Assembly (NCBI GenBank): GCA_965116885.1
Contig: OZ220741.1
Location: forward strand, 4,256,001 to 4,320,000
Reading direction: 5' to 3'
Source: Candidatus Latescibacterota bacterium
GTDB lineage: Bacteria > Latescibacterota > UBA2968
DNA length: 64,000 nt
Below are positions 59,658 to 64,000 of this stretch, in pieces; the first letter of the stretch is position 1; each line of letters starts with the position of its first letter. Position numbers and translations under genes: made by a program. The notes beneath the pieces are model-generated. The model had not been told where the DNA came from, made no database searches, and was given only the letters and a program-made list of their open reading frames with translations.

Positions 59658-59909
59658 TCACGGCTTTGCCACAAGGTCCATGCGAACTACGCCATCAGTA
59701 GCGGGCACTTCCAATTCCACAATCCATCCTTTGACGCCCTCACCTTTCACAACAATTTCTTTGGCCTCTTTGGAAAGGATTTTGGCACCTTCTGATACAC
59801 GCGCCAGCGCGTGACACTTGTCATCATCCACACAGAAATAACGCTGAATCCGCGCTTCGGGCATTCCCCCAAGTCTGGGACATTCGGCTTCGAGTTTTTC
59901 TTCGTTCAT
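59658..59909 (-). CDS. Hypothetical protein (83 aa)
   Basis: Fills the nadD-zapA gap on the same strand; no motif recognised. Confidence 0.4.
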   Translation of the reverse strand: MNEEKLEAECPRLGGMPEARIQRYFCVDDDKCHALARVSEGAKILSKEAKEIVVKGEGVKGWIVELEVPATDGVVRMDLVAKP

Positions 59910-59943
59910 AACAAAACCCGTCGAAAGTTGTGGGTCTCTACCC

Positions 59944-60525
59944 CTAAAGATATAACCCATGGGTTCGAATATAATCTGCGACAGCGTCGGGTACCAAAAA
60001 AGAAATCGGTCTTCTGGTGCGTACGCGTTCTCTAATCGCCGTTGACGAAATATCCAGCAGAGGTGTTTCAACAAACTGCATCCTGGATTTGAAAGCGGGA
60101 TCAACGCGCTCTCGCTCAAAACCCGGGCGTTCAGCCACGAGCACATGGGCTAAATTCAACACGCCTGTGGGGTCAAACCAGTCGCCCATTTCAACGGCAT
60201 TATCGGCACCAATGATCAAAAATATCTTTGTGTCCCCACCCATATTCCTGCGCAAATGACGCAAGGTATCAATCGTATAAGATTTCCCTGAGCGCGACAA
60301 CTCGAATCGACTCAGTTCAAACCCCGGATAATCGCGCACGGCCAAACTGACCATCATCGCGCGATCTTCGGCCGAAGTCATCGTGTGTTTGAGCGGAGGA
60401 TCGCCCGACGGCATAAACACAACCCGATCGAGCGCGCATTGGAGCATAATTTCCTGCCCGATAATTAAATGCCCGATGTGAATGGGGTCAAATGTCCCGC
60501 CGAAAATTCCAACGCGCTCTGTCAT
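59944..60525 (-). CDS. nadD: Nicotinate-nucleotide adenylyltransferase
   Basis: GIFGGTFDPIHIGH, SYTIDTL, IIGAD, ISSTAIR. Confidence 0.97.
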   Translation of the reverse strand: MTERVGIFGGTFDPIHIGHLIIGQEIMLQCALDRVVFMPSGDPPLKHTMTSAEDRAMMVSLAVRDYPGFELSRFELSRSGKSYTIDTLRHLRRNMGGDTKIFLIIGADNAVEMGDWFDPTGVLNLAHVLVAERPGFERERVDPAFKSRMQFVETPLLDISSTAIRERVRTRRPISFLVPDAVADYIRTHGLYL

Positions 60526-60536
60526 CCTAAGGTTTT

Positions 60537-61292
60537 TCAGTTGGACTGCTCTTTTTTTATTTTTTCCATCTCTTCAATGACTTTTTCCTTCAACTTCTCC
60601 GGTAAGTCCTGCCCTATCAACAACGTAAGCTCATTGAGCGCCTCGTCGAGTGCCCCGGTCTTCAAATTGACCTGTGCAATGATAAAGCGCGCCTCCAAAG
60701 CAGACTCTGTGTCGGGATATTCCTTCAATACGCCTTCTGCATAGACTTTGGCTGAGGTATAATATTTCCACAGGATATAATCGTATGCAATCATGACTTC
60801 CTTCCGGGCCAGTTGATTGCGCAACGATTTAATTTTTTCCTCTGCTTGAGAGACGAAGTCGCTTTGTGGATAGTCTTCGATAAACCGCGCAAATTCTCGA
60901 ATTGCCTTGTGCGTTTCATCCTGATCGTGGTGAATATCGCGCGCATCCTGATAATAACACTCGCCAATCTGGAATCGCGCTTCGGCGGCATAAGGACTCA
61001 CGGGATATTCGTTGAGCAGGCGTTCGTATTCAAAAATAGCAGTCACATAATCTTTTTGACACTGAAAAGCTTTGCCCAACCCAAATTGCGCCTCATCTGA
61101 TAAATGAGACCCTGGAAAATCCGATAGCATATTTCTAAACAATAGTTCGGCGTCGTAGCACTTCTTATTATCGAGTGCTTCTTGCGCGTCTTTGTAATAA
61201 ACCTCTGGACTCAATCGCCTGTATTTTTTTTGAGCACACCCCACACTCAACGCGATCAAACACGCACAACAGATATGTAAAAATTGTCTCAT
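60537..61292 (-). CDS. bamD: Outer membrane assembly lipoprotein BamD
   Basis: Lipobox SVGC; TPRs; DQ.ET.KAI..F..FI..YP.S, LARKE..IA. Confidence 0.88.
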   Translation of the reverse strand: MRQFLHICCACLIALSVGCAQKKYRRLSPEVYYKDAQEALDNKKCYDAELLFRNMLSDFPGSHLSDEAQFGLGKAFQCQKDYVTAIFEYERLLNEYPVSPYAAEARFQIGECYYQDARDIHHDQDETHKAIREFARFIEDYPQSDFVSQAEEKIKSLRNQLARKEVMIAYDYILWKYYTSAKVYAEGVLKEYPDTESALEARFIIAQVNLKTGALDEALNELTLLIGQDLPEKLKEKVIEEMEKIKKEQSN

Positions 61293-61677
61293 AATTTGCC
61301 AATCTGCATGCCCCTAAAGAATTATTAACATACCATCCTGTCTGATAAACGATGCAGATTCTGTAATGTTCCCCAATTTCAAAAATAAAAAGGGCGCGTT
61401 TTTCTCGCGCTTCGTTCCAAAATTTTCAAACGTATAAGACTGTCACAACATAAGCAAACCCACCTATCAAGTCAAGAATGACGCACGCACAAATAGTATA
61501 AAAAAATACAAAAGACAGCTACAAATACAATGCCCCTTTTTGCTCAACCGGGGCTTTCGATCAAAAACAACAAAGTCCCTGAAAAATCCAGGGGATTTTC
61601 CGGTAGATTTTCAGGGCATATTGGTATTATATTGAGCGATATATGTGTTATTTGTGTAATATGTTTGAGAGGTTCTC

Positions 61678-62592
61678 ATGGCCCCTGTCCTTGTCATCGG
61701 GAGTTCCAACACCGATCTGGTTATTCGCACCAACAAATTGCCAACCCCCGGTGAAACAGTGCTCGGCGGCGCGTTTTTCACTGCTGCGGGTGGCAAAGGC
61801 GCCAACCAGGCCGTTGCCGCAGCCCGCGCAGGGGCACAGGTCACATTTATAGCGCGCATGGGTTGTGACGATTTTGGGAAGCGTGCTCTATCGGCCTTTC
61901 AACGCGAAGGGATCGACACAAGATGGGTTGTATCCGATCCCCATTTACCGTCAGGCGTTGCATTTATCCTCGTGGATGATCGTGGTGAAAACAGCATTGT
62001 AGTCGCTTCAGGCGCGAATGCAGCCCTATCCCCCGATCAAATCCATGATCAGGTCTATGAAGACGCAGAAATATGCTTGCTTCAACTCGAAATCCCGATT
62101 GAAACCGTCGTCCATGCCGCAGATCTATCGACAAAAAACGAGACCCGTGTCATACTCAATCCAGCGCCAGCAACAAATCTGCCAGAAGAAATCTGGCCTC
62201 ACCTTTTTCTCATTACCCCCAATCAAACTGAGACTGAATATCTCACGGGTATCTCTCCCAACAGCCCTCAAAATATCGCAAAAGCAGCCGACAAACTCCT
62301 CCAAAAAGGCGCTCAAAACGCCATCATCACCCTGGGAGCACAGGGCGCGTTTTTGGCGACACCAGATCAAACTTTACACATACCGGCTTTTAAAGCTACT
62401 TCAATAGATACCACTGGCGCCGGCGATGCCTTCAATGGCGCGCTATCCTGCGCTTTAAGCGAAAACCAATCCCTTGAAACCGCCATTCGCTTTGCATGCG
62501 CCGCAGGCGCTCTAACCGTTGGCAAAGCAGGTGCCCAACCCGCGATCCCCACCCGAGATCAAATCGACGCGCTGTTGGTGAATCTTCCTTGA
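61678..62592 (+). CDS. rbsK: Ribokinase
   Basis: GSSNTD, PGET, GGKGANQA, LQLEIP, NPAP, DTTGAGDAF. Confidence 0.93.
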   Translation: MAPVLVIGSSNTDLVIRTNKLPTPGETVLGGAFFTAAGGKGANQAVAAARAGAQVTFIARMGCDDFGKRALSAFQREGIDTRWVVSDPHLPSGVAFILVDDRGENSIVVASGANAALSPDQIHDQVYEDAEICLLQLEIPIETVVHAADLSTKNETRVILNPAPATNLPEEIWPHLFLITPNQTETEYLTGISPNSPQNIAKAADKLLQKGAQNAIITLGAQGAFLATPDQTLHIPAFKATSIDTTGAGDAFNGALSCALSENQSLETAIRFACAAGALTVGKAGAQPAIPTRDQIDALLVNLP

Positions 62593-62684
62593 CGACAACC
62601 CTACCTTGTCCTATATTCCTATTCCCTTTCCCAGACTCCCCTCCCCCTCTCCCTGATGCCATCCCGTATCAGAAAGGAAATCTA

Positions 62685-62861
62685 ATGGGTTTGAGGAAGG
62701 CGAACGCGATCAAGCTCGATTTCGATGACCTCGTCAAAGAACTCGACGATTTCGAGCAAGACATTAGAACCCTTCAGGACCGTATAGACCAACTCATCAC
62801 CAACGCGCGACAAAAACCAATCAAAGCCGTTACGAGCGAAGGCGATATGGGCACGACCTGA
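62685..62861 (+). CDS. Small coiled-coil hypothetical protein (58 aa)
   Basis: AAAGGA RBS, heptad pattern, followed by a terminator. Confidence 0.6.
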   Translation: MGLRKANAIKLDFDDLVKELDDFEQDIRTLQDRIDQLITNARQKPIKAVTSEGDMGTT

Positions 62862-62867
62862 ACACAC

Positions 62868-62909
62868 AAATAAACAGGCGGGTATTCTTCCCGCCTGTTT
62901 ATTTTTTTT
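62868..62909 (+). terminator. Intrinsic terminator
   Basis: AAATAAACAGGCGGG...CCCGCCTGTTTATTTTTTTT. Confidence 0.85.
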
Positions 62910-62914
62910 CTACA

Positions 62915-63124
62915 ATGTTCTACACCACTATATTTGCCATCGTCCTCATTATTGTCATACTGGCCAAATATCTCTACAAACCCGTTGAACGCTGTCCCGA
63001 ATGCAACGCTCCACGCGAGTCCGATCATCCGATATGCCCGTGCGGCTATGTTTTTGAATTTCCCGACGATGACGATCCCCTCGAATACGGTGCCCCCGAA
63101 GATTCTGCAAAGGATTCCCCATGA
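62915..63124 (+). CDS. Small membrane-anchored Zn-ribbon protein
   Basis: N-terminal TM, CPEC...CPCG, acidic tail; overlaps purB start (ATGA). Confidence 0.65.
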   Translation: MFYTTIFAIVLIIVILAKYLYKPVERCPECNAPRESDHPICPCGYVFEFPDDDDPLEYGAPEDSAKDSP

Positions 63125-64000
63125 CCCTCACCGCACTCTCTCCCCTCGACAATCGCTACACGAGCCGCTTGACAGACCTCATTCCCTGTCTCTCACATTT
63201 TGCGCTAATAGCCTATCGCGTACAGATCGAAATCGAGTGGTTGCGCTTTCAATCAGAGCATCCCGCACTCACACACGTCCGCAGATTCACCGACGCTGAA
63301 CACCAGATATTGAAGTCCTGGATAGACACTTTCGACGAACAGCAGGCCCAGCGCGTTGTTGCAATTGAAAGGGTCACCAATCACGATGTCAAATCCGTTG
63401 AATACTACGTCAGAGAACGCCTTGAGGAAACATCGCTTGCCGACGTATGTGAAGCCGTGCATTTTTGCTGCACCTCTGAGGACATCAGCAATCTCGCTCA
63501 CGCGCTCATGATTAAATCCGCTATCAAAGGTGTCTTTCTTCCACTGGCACAGGAAGTTACCCAAATCACTTCACAACTCGCCCAAGACACTAAAAACCTT
63601 CCTGTACTCGCGCGTACACACGGTCAACCCGCCACCCCTACCACGATGGGCAAAGAACTCGCCGTATTTGCCTATCGCTGGCAGCGGCAAATCAAACAGG
63701 CGACAAAACTCGAATACCTCGGCAAATTCAACGGCGCCACAGGCAATTACAACGCGCATGTCGCAGCCTACCCCAATGTGCGCTGGCATGACCTCGCCCG
63801 CGATTTCGTCCAGCGCCTCGGTCTCACATTCAATCCCCTCACCACTCAGATTGAATCGCATGATTATATGGCCGAAGTCTTTCACCTGATTATCCGTTTC
63901 AACACCATCTCGCTCGACTTTGCCCGCGACATGTGGATCTATATATCCCTATCCTATTTTCGCCAAAAAACAGTCGCTTCAGAAGTAGGATCTTCGACCA
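63121..64000 (+). CDS. purB: Adenylosuccinate lyase, 3' truncated by window edge
   Basis: Translated by hand (absent from ORF track): TALSPLDNRY, TNHDVKSVEY, TSEDI, RTHGQPATPTTMGKE, GKFNGATGNYNAH, EVGSST. Confidence 0.95.
   Translation, partial: MTLTALSPLDNRYTSRLTDLIPCLSHFALIAYRVQIEIEWLRFQSEHPALTHVRRFTDAEHQILKSWIDTFDEQQAQRVVAIERVTNHDVKSVEYYVRERLEETSLADVCEAVHFCCTSEDISNLAHALMIKSAIKGVFLPLAQEVTQITSQLAQDTKNLPVLARTHGQPATPTTMGKELAVFAYRWQRQIKQATKLEYLGKFNGATGNYNAHVAAYPNVRWHDLARDFVQRLGLTFNPLTTQIESHDYMAEVFHLIIRFNTISLDFARDMWIYISLSYFRQKTVASEVGSST

Overview
Bacterial chromosomal window (about 50% GC). The protein families suggest an FCB-group lineage such as Latescibacterota, but that is inference only. 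The window appears to span the replication terminus: a dif site sits at 39797-39824, where gene orientation and strand composition flip. Left arm (mostly + strand): lptA-like/lptB/MOSC/rpoN; a divergent HPPD-like protein; a sigma54-preceded surface protein with five lamin-tail domains and a recent ~1 kb internal duplication; HU/IHF; fdhD. Next is a 14 kb operon in which an RND permease is fused to an ABC ATPase, together with a second RND, an MFP, a free ATPase and two ABC-2 permeases. A 13.6 kb candidate glycosylated bacteriocin/RiPP cluster follows: atypical REC-AraC regulator, three GT-B glycosyltransferase domains, a double-glycine precursor, CAAX protease, cNMP-C39-ABC transporter, HlyD, PPIase and WecB. 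Its internal spacer holds an IS3 relic whose terminal repeat is interrupted by a MITE. Right arm (mostly - strand) is core genome: gcvT, leuS, asnS, pnp-rpsO-ribF-truB-rbfA-infB-nusA-rimP, der, zapA, nadD, bamD, rbsK and a partial purB. All calls are from reading motifs by eye; no database searches were run.
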